From Candidatus Multivoradales bacterium (GTDB taxonomy: Bacteria > Acidobacteriota > Thermoanaerobaculia > Multivoradales > J023), in the NCBI GenBank assembly GCA_965248925.1, contig CBDFLE010000006.1, forward strand, positions 4,640,001 through 4,704,000: a DNA stretch of 64,000 bases. Direction: 5' to 3'. Under the pieces are notes generated by a model, which saw only the letters and a program-made list of their open reading frames with translations, was not told the origin of the DNA and searched no databases. This document shows positions 51,014 to 60,396 of this stretch, in pieces. The position numbers and the translations under genes were made by a program. The first letter of the stretch is position 1, and each line of letters opens with the position of its first letter.

Positions 51014-52885
51014 ATGAGCGTCCCTACTGCCGACGAGAGCACGCAAGAGAAGCAGGTTGCTGAGATGTCGCCGAGTCGTTATGTCGAGAAAGTGAGCTTG
51101 CTCACCGGCGAAGTGCTCGACGATCCGATCGAGCCCAAGCAGTTGCTGATCAGCCATCACCGGGACTATCACTTCGCCGACGTCCAGGCGCGGCGGGTCA
51201 TGGCTCGTCTGGTTGAGACCACCGGCGACGAAGACTTGGTGCGGCGGAAGATGAAAGAAGTGCGGCAGCTGGGCCACAAGGCAGCCGGGGTGTTGGCCAA
51301 GGCACTGCGGCAGAAGGATGTCAGCAGGGTCTCGAAGGCTCTCTTCGGGCTCAAAGATCGCGAGTACTACTTCCGCTACAAGCGCCACCCTTTGCCAAAG
51401 CAAGAGATCGACATTCTGCTCGAGCACCTCAAGCAAGAGGCGGCGGAGAAGCTCGAAGCCACCCGGGGTGCGGATGGCAAGTTGCGGCTGCGGGTGCTGC
51501 TCACCGGCGGTACCGGTTTCGTCGGTAAAGAGGTCATGTGGCAGGCGGCCCAGGACGACGAGATCGTCGAAATGGTGGTGCTGATCCGGCCCAAGGAAAT
51601 CCGCGACCGTAAGACCAAAGAGCTGTTAGAGGTCCTCTCGCCAGCCCAGCGGGGCGCCAAAGTGCTCACCCAGCTGCAGCTCGACGCCGAGCAAGGGGCC
51701 AAGTTCCGCTTCATCGGCGGCGATGTCGAACAACCGCACCTCGGGGTGTCGGCAGAAGATCGGGCCGAGTTGAGCACCACCCTGACCCACATGGTCCACA
51801 GCGCCGCCAGCGTCTCGTTCGACGATCCCTATGAGAAGTCCTTCAGCGCCAACGTCTTGGGCACCCTCAATGCGCTGCGCTTCTCACGCCGCCTGCAGTC
51901 CGCCGAGGGCAGTCCCTTCGTCGCCCACATTGGCATTGAGACCTCCTATATTCACGGCCGGCAGATCCGTGATGTAGCACGGGAAGACGAGATGGTCTTC
52001 CCGCGCAACTTCTACAACAACTTCTACGAGCTGACCAAGGCGATGGGGTCGATCGAGACCGAGCGCTTCATGCTGGAAGAGGATTTGCGGGTCATACAGC
52101 TCAATCCGGCGATCGTCATCGGCGAATCGCGGGCCGGCAACAACCGAGGCGACACCAAGGTGCTCAATGCTCCGGTCAATGTGTTCGGCCGCGCCCACCA
52201 GGCGCTCAGCGAGCCCAAAGGCAAGTTGATCGAGCGTTCCACCGGCGCCATTCTGGCGCGCATGGCCTGCATCTTCCCAGGCGACCCATCGGCGCAGATC
52301 AATCTGATTCCGGTGGATTGGGTCGTGCGTGGCATCTTGGCGGCGCTGCGCAAGCCTAGTGCGGTGGGCGAGCGGGTTCATTTGGCGACCGACAACCGCT
52401 TGACCTCCGAGCAGATCCGCAGCACGGTGCATGACGAACTCGGCGTCAAGGTCAGACTGGCCGAGCCCACCATGCACCGCAATGTCACTCTGCCGGTGCT
52501 ATCCAAGCTACTCACCGGCTTCCGCCAGCCCAAGTTGGCCAATGCGCTGGAGAAGCTCGGCACCATCTTCGGTGGCTACAGCGAGTGGGGTCAGCCGGTA
52601 CACGAGGTCGGCAACGATGTGCGCATCCTCGGCCTACCGGAGCAGCGGCCCAATACCCAACACGCCTTCCGCATGCTTTGCCGCCACAACCGCTACGTGC
52701 AGAACTTCGGCAAGATCTGGAATCTCGACGAAATCTCGCGCCGCGAAAAAGTATGGTGGGACTTCTGCATGGCCCTCGAACAAGAAGCCGGGAAGCCGGT
52801 CGGCGCGGTGTCGTCAGAAGACTTCACCCGCGCTTTAGAGCGGGATCTCGATTTGGAGACCTTTGAACCCAAGGCGACTGCCTAA
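51014..52885 (+). CDS. Extended SDR (male-sterility / acyl-reductase-like) with N-terminal extension
   Basis: TGGTGFVG, HSAASV, YELTK (YxxxK). Confidence 0.8.
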   Translation: MSVPTADESTQEKQVAEMSPSRYVEKVSLLTGEVLDDPIEPKQLLISHHRDYHFADVQARRVMARLVETTGDEDLVRRKMKEVRQLGHKAAGVLAKALRQKDVSRVSKALFGLKDREYYFRYKRHPLPKQEIDILLEHLKQEAAEKLEATRGADGKLRLRVLLTGGTGFVGKEVMWQAAQDDEIVEMVVLIRPKEIRDRKTKELLEVLSPAQRGAKVLTQLQLDAEQGAKFRFIGGDVEQPHLGVSAEDRAELSTTLTHMVHSAASVSFDDPYEKSFSANVLGTLNALRFSRRLQSAEGSPFVAHIGIETSYIHGRQIRDVAREDEMVFPRNFYNNFYELTKAMGSIETERFMLEEDLRVIQLNPAIVIGESRAGNNRGDTKVLNAPVNVFGRAHQALSEPKGKLIERSTGAILARMACIFPGDPSAQINLIPVDWVVRGILAALRKPSAVGERVHLATDNRLTSEQIRSTVHDELGVKVRLAEPTMHRNVTLPVLSKLLTGFRQPKLANALEKLGTIFGGYSEWGQPVHEVGNDVRILGLPEQRPNTQHAFRMLCRHNRYVQNFGKIWNLDEISRREKVWWDFCMALEQEAGKPVGAVSSEDFTRALERDLDLETFEPKATA

Positions 52886-53002
52886 CTGAGGCTCGGCAGT
52901 TTGTTTGCTTGACTCCTTCTTGGCCATGCGGAGGCGAGCGGCGGTAGCGGTCACTCGGGGACCCTCCTGAAGTACGCTCAGACGTACCGCAAGGAGGACA
53001 GC

Positions 53003-53254
53003 ATGCAACGCATCAACCTTAGACAAGACATCCGACCGTTGTCAGAGTTTCGAGCGAACGCCGCCGCGATGCTGCGGCAAGTGCGCGAGTCAAAACGACC
53101 GCTCGTTTTGACCCAGCGCGGTCACAGCGCGGCGGTGGTCCTCGATGTTGGGCAGTACGAGCGGCAGCTCGAGGAAGTCGAGCTGCTCCGCGACATTCAC
53201 CTAGCCGAGCAACAACTCGCCGAGAACCGCGGCATCGGGCACCAGCAGTCGTGA
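53003..53254 (+). CDS. Phd/YefM antitoxin
   Basis: IRPLSEFR...RPLVLTQRG; AGGAGG RBS. Confidence 0.85.
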   Translation: MQRINLRQDIRPLSEFRANAAAMLRQVRESKRPLVLTQRGHSAAVVLDVGQYERQLEEVELLRDIHLAEQQLAENRGIGHQQS

Positions 53255-53280
53255 GCTGCGGTGTTGCGGAAACTTCGTCA

Positions 53281-53560
53281 GTGAAACGACGTTTGGTCAC
53301 CGCTCGCGGTCGCGCGGGTCACCGAGGCCGCTGAGTTCATTGCCACGGACAAGCTGGACGGAGAGTCTGTTCGAAGCTGTAGCGGGCCTGGCGACGTTTC
53401 CAAACAGCGGCACGGTTGAGCAAGAACTCGGCCGCGACGAGGTGCGGCAACTGCTCTACGGCGAATTCCGAATTGTCTATCGACTTGGAGTCCAAGCGAG
53501 CGCTGATCCTGACCGTCCGACACCGGCGTCGATTGCTCGATGAAACAGAGATCGGCGAAT
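53281..53560 (+). pseudogene. Frameshifted RelE/ParE toxin
   Basis: Pieces VWSPLAVARVTEAAEFIA, LATFPNSG...FRIVYR and ILTVRH lie in different frames. Confidence 0.75.
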
Positions 53561-53631
53561 CGTCAGGAAAAATGGAAGTCAAGGCGAGTGCCTGAGAAAG
53601 CTCTGGCGAGATGACCATTAGTGGTTATCTT

Positions 53632-53898
53632 ATGGTCATGATCCAGGTTGGAATCGCAGATCTCAAAGCCAAGATGAGCCAGCACTTGCGGACGGTTCGC
53701 CGGGGACATCCTGTGATCGTGATGGACCGCGCGTGGCCCATCGCGAGGATTGCCCCTTACGAGAGTGAGGAGATTCTGCCAGTGCGAAAGCCGCTGCCCG
53801 ATGCTCCTGCTCTACAGGACGTCGCTCTGCCGCCGTCGCTCGATCTCGACTTCGACATCGTCGACTTGCTCATCGAGGAGCGTCAGGTCGACCGGTGA
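53632..53898 (+). CDS. Phd/YefM antitoxin
   Basis: VGIADLKAKMSQHLRTV..G..VIV......ARI. Confidence 0.82.
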   Translation: MVMIQVGIADLKAKMSQHLRTVRRGHPVIVMDRAWPIARIAPYESEEILPVRKPLPDAPALQDVALPPSLDLDFDIVDLLIEERQVDR

Positions 53899-54323
53899 TT
53901 GTCTATCTCGACTCCTCTGTCCTTCTTCGCTTCGTCATGGATCAGCAGGATAGGCTGTTCGAATGGCCCCAGATTTCGGCCGGCGTGACCAGCGAGCTGA
54001 CCGAAGTCGAGTGCCTGCGCACTCTGGACCGACTACGATCGCAAGGGTCGGTTTCCGATGCAGCGCTGTCCGCCAGTCGCGAAGCAGTTTTCCGCTTTAT
54101 ACGCTCGATCGAGGTTGTCGAGATTTCGCGGCTAGTTCTCCAACCTGCTTGCTGGCCGCTGCCGACCACGCTTGGTACTCTTGATGCCATCCATCTGAAT
54201 ACAGCGATGCCGTGGCAAGAGAGCGCTAAGACAGAACTCGTGATGGCGACCCACGATCGAGCGATGGCACGGGCTGCAAGAGCCAGCGGCCTCGCTGTCG
54301 TCGGAGTTGCTGCCGACCGCTAG
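53895..54323 (+). CDS. vapC: VapC PIN-domain toxin
   Basis: YLDSS, LDAIH, THD. Confidence 0.88.
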   Translation: MIVYLDSSVLLRFVMDQQDRLFEWPQISAGVTSELTEVECLRTLDRLRSQGSVSDAALSASREAVFRFIRSIEVVEISRLVLQPACWPLPTTLGTLDAIHLNTAMPWQESAKTELVMATHDRAMARAARASGLAVVGVAADR

Positions 54324-54353
54324 TCCCACTCTGAGAGTTCCCGCTGGCAGCAG

Positions 54354-55403
54354 TCAGTCGGACCTTCCTGCTTTTTCGAGCACCTCGGTGTCGTTGTGGG
54401 TCAGGCTCCAGATGTACCAGAAGGTGTCGAAACCGAGGTTGGCCGGAGTGAGTTCTCCGAAGTTTCTCTCGGTGGAGTCAAAAGCGATCTCTGCGCCAGC
54501 CTCGTCGATCAGTTTCCAGGACTTTGCCTGCTGCTCGAAGTGACTTCCTGCGGGCGCCCAAAAAGCAACCGTCGCTCGGTGGAGATGGTCCTTCTTGGCG
54601 CGGTAGAGAAACAGCCGCTGACCGCTGAGATCGAAGACTCCACCGCCGATTAGCTGTTTGTGCGGTGCGGCCCAATGCTCGCCTTCGTGTTCGATGGCAT
54701 AAATCGCTGCTTTGTCGGCGAGCCGATCGTCGCCCGAGGACATCTTGCGGAAACCCTCTTTGGAAGCAAAGTAGCGGTCGTAGTGGTTGCGCGGATCGTG
54801 CTCGCGACCCTCTACCGATAACACCAGAGTGTCAGGGTGGCGGCGTTTCCAATCCTCCCAGGTGATCTTATCGGCGCCTTCGGCCTTGCGCAGCTGCTGC
54901 CCTTTAGCGGGGCCGTGGATGGCGTTTTCTTGGATGATTGACCAATGCGAGCCAGTCTCGCGGTCGAGCATCACCAAGCCGGCGTTGAGCAAGCCGCCGC
55001 TGGCTTCGAAGGTGTAGGTTTGGTTACTGTTTTGGCGGCTGTACACGACAGCCGTGTTGGCCAGCGGTCACCAAACAGCGGCAAACAAACTGCCGGCTAC
55101 CTGGTGGTTGACCACTTCGTGCGCGTTGAGCAAATTGAGGTCGTAAGCGTAGGCCTCGCCGCCGTGAGCGAAGCCGAGCACCCAGGCTTGGTCGGGGATC
55201 TTCGCCTCAGAAGCGGTGACAAAGATCGGGTCGACCAAGGCGGCGATAGCGCCAACGGGCAATAGCTGCTCGAAACCCTCGACCGGGATCGGCTCCGGCA
55301 ACTCAGGTTTCTTGGCGTCTTGCGCGTAGACCGGACTGAGAGCAGCCGCTGACAGTAGGGCGAACGACAGGACGGGCGCTCGATAGCGAGGACCTTTGAG
55401 CAT
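54354..55403 (-). CDS. DUF3179 family selenoprotein (349 aa, UGA at 55068-55070 read as Sec)
   Basis: Two ORFs in one frame separated by one TGA in W-U-PL where the family has C-PL; HEVVN and DRETGSHW motifs; downstream hairpin. Confidence 0.82.
55036..55054 (-). promoter_or_regulatory. Candidate bacterial SECIS element
   Basis: CGGCTGT-CGTGT-ACAGCCG hairpin beginning 13 nt after the UGA. Confidence 0.65.
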
Positions 55404-55796
55404 TGAATCTCCTGGACTCGGGTGGAACTGCGACAGCAGTGTCTACGGCCTGGTGCGGGCTTCGGTTCATCAGCCGCGGCCGGCGTGGACGTTTGTCGAT
55501 CTCAGCAGTTGCCGCGGGCGATAAAGCGGTCGAGCTGAGTGCCGGCCTGGCGCTGGACCTTGCCACGCAACCAGCCGCTCCAGCCGAGTAGGGTGCCGAC
55601 TGGCCCCAGCGCTTGACTTGCCCAGCGGTGGAAGTCGAAGTCGTCGCGGTGCTCAAGAATCAGGCCGTCTTTGAAGGTGAAGGTGGCCTGAATGCGATTG
55701 TCGACCCGGCGGCCGGTGGTTCCGAAGATGTATTTGGCTCGCCAGCTGGCGCTGCCTTGGTGGTCGTCGGCCTCGACTTCAGCAAAGGTTAGCTCA
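55376..55796 (-). repeat. About 420-bp diverged direct repeat of 56712-57131 containing a 3'-half NTF2/SnoaL pseudogene
   Basis: Both encode ELTFAEV..DDHQGSASWRAKYIFG...FIARGN plus the intergenic region and the first codons of the next gene. Confidence 0.88.
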
Positions 55797-55903
55797 AGCT
55801 GCCCTATGTCTACAACTTGTAGATCAAGGATTGAACAAGTGGAATCATGGAGCGGGGTCAGAAGTTGACTCGCCAGATGTGGGACGCGCACCGGCGAGTT
55901 GGA

Positions 55904-56557
55904 TCAGCTCGCCCTTTCTTTGTGGAGTTGGCGGCGAAGACTTCTCAGGAAGGCCTGCATCGAAGGAGGCCCCTTGGGCGGCGATAGTGGCGCGGATAGC
56001 AAGATAGCTTCTTCGAAGAGAGGATCGGGATCGACCCCCATGGTGGCGGCTTTGGTGTAGAGCTTGTCCAGAGCTACATGGCACTCACGCCAATCCCGGA
56101 CCAGATCCTCGATCGAGGCTGCCGCAAGGGCGCGGCGAGCTACGGCCTCCGCGTCGGGGTTTCGCTTTAGCTTCTTAGCGGATAAATGAATGTAGTCGAG
56201 TAGTATCGGCGAGAAGTTGTGCTTTGCTGCAACCTTGCGGATGTGCTCGCGACCCTCGTTATTCTCCTTGGGGTACCGGGCGCAGAGGCGGTCGAGAATG
56301 GGTGCCCAAATTGCCCATTTGCCGAATTGGCCGGCAGGAGCCTCGCACAATTGTTCCAGGCTTTCGCTGATAGGCACGTCGTCAATGTCTTGGGAAGTAG
56401 CTGACCTCCATTCTGCCAACCCCTCGGTATTGGGGAAGTTGAGCGCACCAAACCCGGTCAGAAAGCGCATTCTGAGAATCCTCGTTACCCAGGCGAGGGC
56501 CAGGAGCACGGCAACAATCTTAAGGATGCTCTCTATATGCTCGACCATCGCTTCCAT
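55904..56557 (-). CDS. Hypothetical protein (217 aa) with N-terminal TM segment
   Basis: Intact ORF between the direct repeats; hydrophobic N-terminus. Confidence 0.6.
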   Translation of the reverse strand: MEAMVEHIESILKIVAVLLALAWVTRILRMRFLTGFGALNFPNTEGLAEWRSATSQDIDDVPISESLEQLCEAPAGQFGKWAIWAPILDRLCARYPKENNEGREHIRKVAAKHNFSPILLDYIHLSAKKLKRNPDAEAVARRALAAASIEDLVRDWRECHVALDKLYTKAATMGVDPDPLFEEAILLSAPLSPPKGPPSMQAFLRSLRRQLHKERAS

Positions 56558-56836
56558 CCTTGGCTTCTTCGAGTTAGGAAACCGACTTGGGTGGTCAGTC
56601 AGTCGCTCAGTCCCAGTCCAGCAAAAACGCCGATCTGGAATTCAGTGACCCGAGTTTTGCAGAAAATCTTTTCTTTCGCCAGGTCGGTCGACTGCGACAT
56701 CCAGGGGAAGCGCGCTCGGTAGGGAGAACCTTCGAGCATTGACTCTCTTAGACTTAGGTGGATTCGTGATAGTCGTGTTTTCGCTCGGTAGCGGCTTCGG
56801 TTCAGCAGCCGCGGCCAGCGTGGACGTTGGTCGATC

Positions 56837-57310
56837 TCAGTTGTTTCCGCGGGCGATAAAGCGGGCGAGCTGAGTGCCGGCCTGGCGCTGGACCTTGCCG
56901 CGCAGCCAGCCGCTCCAGCCGAGTAGGGTGCCGACTGGCCCTAGCGCCTGACGTGCCCAGCGGTGAAAGTCAAAGTCGTCGCGGTGCTCAAGAATCAGGC
57001 CGTCTTTGAAAGAGAAACTGGCCTGGATACGGTTGTCGACCCGGCGCCCGGTGGCACCGAAGATGTACTTGGCTCGCCAGCTGGCACTGCCCTGGTGGTC
57101 GTCGGCGGCGACTTCAGCGAAGGTGAGCTCGAATTCCTTGGCGCGTTCGCAGAGCATCGTCCACATGGCGCCGACTCGCTCCCCTTCGAGTTCGAAAGCA
57201 GGGTCGCGAAAAGTCGCCTGCGGGTGATAGCAGGCGGCCATCGTAGCGCCGTCCTGACGGGCAAAGGCGGTGTAAAAGCGGGTGATCAGCTCGGCATTGG
57301 GATGGCTCAA
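56837..57310 (-). CDS. NTF2/SnoaL-like family protein
   Basis: FYTAF...MAACYHP.ATFRDP, HRDDFDF. Confidence 0.88.
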   Translation of the reverse strand: MSHPNAELITRFYTAFARQDGATMAACYHPQATFRDPAFELEGERVGAMWTMLCERAKEFELTFAEVAADDHQGSASWRAKYIFGATGRRVDNRIQASFSFKDGLILEHRDDFDFHRWARQALGPVGTLLGWSGWLRGKVQRQAGTQLARFIARGNN

Positions 57311-57409
57311 GTGGGGCTCCTTCTGAGACTGGAATGGACCCCCATCCTACCTCCTGATCGATTGTCCTGAGGTAAGCGCGGTTAGAGTGCCGGGTAGCTC
57401 TCGCTTGGT

Positions 57410-59047
57410 TCAAGGCGACTTCGTTCTCACGTAGGCAATAGACCAATAGCGGTTAAGTGCATTTGTTCGCTCGGTTTGCTGGCTACCATCGGGCCAGCGG
57501 ATTTGTATTTCGACTTCACCGCCATAGTCGCCGAGACCGAAATGCAGCCGTAGGTCCGATTGACTGAGCACGCCACCACCGCTTCTTACCTGGCGCACCT
57601 GCGAATGTTCGCCCGTGTGCAGGCCGACGCGGGCGCCGATCGCTTGGCGGTTGGATGGCGGGCCGACCAGCACCAGGCCGAGCCAATGACCGGGATTGGC
57701 AGTGCGATTCTCAAGTAGCGCTGGCGGGCCGTTGGTGCGGGTCACCAGCAGATCGAGCCGGCCGTCGTTGTTGAAATCGCCGCTAGCCAGGCCTCGGCTG
57801 ACCGCGGCTTGCTGCCAAGGCCCGGTCGCCGCCGCTGGGCGAAAACTGCCGCCGCCCAGGTTCAGAAACAGCTGATCGGGCTGGGCGTAGGTCACCCCGG
57901 GTACGAACCGTTCGATGTTGTCCAGCACATGGCCGTTGGCTACGGCGAGGTCAAGGTCGCCGTCGTTGTCGGCGTCGAAGAGTTCGATTCCCCAGCCCAG
58001 GCGGCGGTAGGTCTGAGCATGCAGACCCGCTGCACGGGTCCGGTCGGTGAACAATCCGCCGCCGAGATTCCTGTAGATGCTGTTGGGTTCGAGGGAGAAA
58101 TTGCTGACCACCAGGTCTTCGCGGCCATCGCCGTCAAGATCACCCAGCGCGACTCCCATCCCGGCCAGGGGCTCGCCGGCCTCTCCTAGCACCGCGCCAG
58201 AGAGCAGGGAAGCATCCTCGAACTGCCCTTGCCCAGAGTTGAGATACAGACGGTTGGGGGTGCCGTCGTTGGCCACGTAGAGATCGAGGTCGCCATCGAG
58301 GTCGAGGTCGGCCAGGACTACTCCTAAGCCCTTCTCGGTCGCCTGGCGACGAATTCCCCGCTCGCTGGCCTGGTCGCTGAAGGTACCGTCGCCATGATTG
58401 ATATAGAGCGCATCGGGGACGCCGGCAAAGCGGCTGGGGTGGCAGTAGTAGTCGAGGGCACGGGCCCGGTCTGAGCACCGTGGGGGATTGCTGAAGGAGA
58501 CGCTGAGATAGCGGCTGACGTAGAGATCGAGGTCGCCATCCCCATCGACATCGCCAAAGGCACAGCCCACGCTCCACAGGTCGCCGCCATCGATGCCAGC
58601 GCGCTTCGCCACCTCTTCGAAGCGGCCTTCGCCGGTCGCTCGGTAGAGACTATCGGGGCCAGCATTAGTGAGAAATAGATCGAGTCGGCCGTCGCCGTCC
58701 GCATCGCCGATACACAGCCCCATGCCATAGCCCTGATCGTCGACCCCCGCCTGCTTTGCCACTTCAACAAAACGGCCCCCGCGATTCTCATACAGGGCGT
58801 TGCGTGGCGCTGGCTGTAGCTGGGAACCTGGAGTCGCGGCACCGTTCAATAGGTAGATGTCGAGGTCGCCGTCACCATCGAAGTCGACAAAGCCGCCGCC
58901 GCTGGCCACGGTCTCGATCAAATATCGTCGGCCTGAGCGGCCATCCTGATGCTTGAAGTCGAGCCCCACGTCGGCCGCCACATCGATGAAGGAGGGATCG
59001 GTGGCCACCGCGGCGGCGGTTATCAACAGCAGGGCGATCAGGCTCAT
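57410..59047 (-). CDS. CRTAC1-family protein (FG-GAP/VCBS repeats plus ASPIC/UnbV)
   Basis: Repeated DxDGDGDLD; AIGARV...HFGLG...WPDG; signal peptide. Confidence 0.92.
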   Translation of the reverse strand: MSLIALLLITAAAVATDPSFIDVAADVGLDFKHQDGRSGRRYLIETVASGGGFVDFDGDGDLDIYLLNGAATPGSQLQPAPRNALYENRGGRFVEVAKQAGVDDQGYGMGLCIGDADGDGRLDLFLTNAGPDSLYRATGEGRFEEVAKRAGIDGGDLWSVGCAFGDVDGDGDLDLYVSRYLSVSFSNPPRCSDRARALDYYCHPSRFAGVPDALYINHGDGTFSDQASERGIRRQATEKGLGVVLADLDLDGDLDLYVANDGTPNRLYLNSGQGQFEDASLLSGAVLGEAGEPLAGMGVALGDLDGDGREDLVVSNFSLEPNSIYRNLGGGLFTDRTRAAGLHAQTYRRLGWGIELFDADNDGDLDLAVANGHVLDNIERFVPGVTYAQPDQLFLNLGGGSFRPAAATGPWQQAAVSRGLASGDFNNDGRLDLLVTRTNGPPALLENRTANPGHWLGLVLVGPPSNRQAIGARVGLHTGEHSQVRQVRSGGGVLSQSDLRLHFGLGDYGGEVEIQIRWPDGSQQTERTNALNRYWSIAYVRTKSP

Positions 59048-60396
59048 TCTTTTCCCTTTGGCGCCAGTCGTTGGTGCCGGCGGAAGTTGTCGAGTGCCGC
59101 CGTGTTCTGGGGGGCGCGGTCGAGCAGAGAGCTGGCGGCCTGTCGATCACCAGCCGTCAGTAAGACCTTGGCAAGTTCGAGTCGCCAAGGGACGTTCCAA
59201 GGCGCCAGATCCAGTGCCCGAGACAGCGACCGGCGGGCGCCGCCGAGGTTGTTGGTCACCTGCTCGAGTCGGCCGAGCAAGAGGTGGTAGCGGGCGAGGT
59301 GAGGATCTAGCTCGAGTCCGGCCAGCAGCAGCTCCCGAGCTTCGTCGAGCTGGTCGCTGGCCAACAAGGTCGAGGCCAGGCCCGCACGAGCATGTTGGCT
59401 CGCCGGCTGCTCGGCGAGCGCCTGGCGAAAGAGCTGCTCTGCCAGATTTCGCTGGTCCCGTCGCAGGAGGAGGTCGGCGAGTCCGAGACGCTCGTCCACA
59501 CTCAGGGCCGGGTCTTCGATGAGGTCGGGCAGCGCTAGCAAAGCCTGGTCGACGAAGCCTGCTTCGAGCCGCAAGCGTGCTTGCCGCAGGCGAATCGCTA
59601 GCGAGTCCGGCAAGTCGTGGGCTAGTGACCGCAGGACTCGTAGGCTCTCGATGGCCGACAAGGGGCCACCTTGCGGCCCGCCGTGGGACATTTCTGTCAG
59701 ACCTGCATGGATCTCCAAAGCTCGCTTTGCCGCTTCTCGCTGGCCGGCGGAAAGTCGCAGGCGCCCCAACAAATACCAATTTGCAGGTGCCAACGGATCG
59801 AGCCGTGCCGCCCATTCCGCGTGCTGTTGGGCTCGTCGGCGATCGTCGAGTTGGTGGGCGATCGACGCCGCCAGTGCCTGGCACCGGGCATCTTGGCGCC
59901 GGCCATCTTCAGTATCCAGGCAGGGCGCCAGGGCCTCCCACGCCTCGTGCGGGTTCGCCAGTGCCAGCGCCTCGGCCAGCAACAGGGCCTGTTCGACGCC
60001 CGGTTCGAGTTGTGCGGCGTGGCTTGTAGCCCGTAGTCCGTCGCCGAGAAGCAACAGCGCCTTGATATAGCGATGGCTGATCTCGGGATCGTCGGCGACC
60101 TGCTCGAGATAGCGCTCGAGGGCCGGCAGCGCCGGTTCCAGGCTTTGCCCAGGACCACTCAGCCAGGCGAGGGCCAATCCGCGCAATGACTCCAGTCGTG
60201 GTGGGTGGTTCGCCAAATCACTGCTCGCCAAATCACTGGCGTAGTACACCCGAGCCAGGTCGTAGCGCCGTTCGGCGAAGGCGTTGCGGGCACGGTGGTA
60301 CTGGTCATCAGAAGATTCTTCTCGGCCACCGCAGGCGAGGGCCAGGGCGAAGCCGAGGGCCAGAACTAACCCAGAACATCGGTGGACCCAGCTCAC
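59044..60396 (-). CDS. TPR-repeat lipoprotein
   Basis: Lipobox ALAC; multiple TPR helices. Confidence 0.8.
   Translation of the reverse strand: MSWVHRCSGLVLALGFALALACGGREESSDDQYHRARNAFAERRYDLARVYYASDLASSDLANHPPRLESLRGLALAWLSGPGQSLEPALPALERYLEQVADDPEISHRYIKALLLLGDGLRATSHAAQLEPGVEQALLLAEALALANPHEAWEALAPCLDTEDGRRQDARCQALAASIAHQLDDRRRAQQHAEWAARLDPLAPANWYLLGRLRLSAGQREAAKRALEIHAGLTEMSHGGPQGGPLSAIESLRVLRSLAHDLPDSLAIRLRQARLRLEAGFVDQALLALPDLIEDPALSVDERLGLADLLLRRDQRNLAEQLFRQALAEQPASQHARAGLASTLLASDQLDEARELLLAGLELDPHLARYHLLLGRLEQVTNNLGGARRSLSRALDLAPWNVPWRLELAKVLLTAGDRQAASSLLDRAPQNTAALDNFRRHQRLAPKGKE

Noticed and set aside
55502-55891. 129-aa ORF as a second intact NTF2 gene
   Set aside because: Only the 3' part matches the full gene; the N-terminus is unrelated insert sequence.
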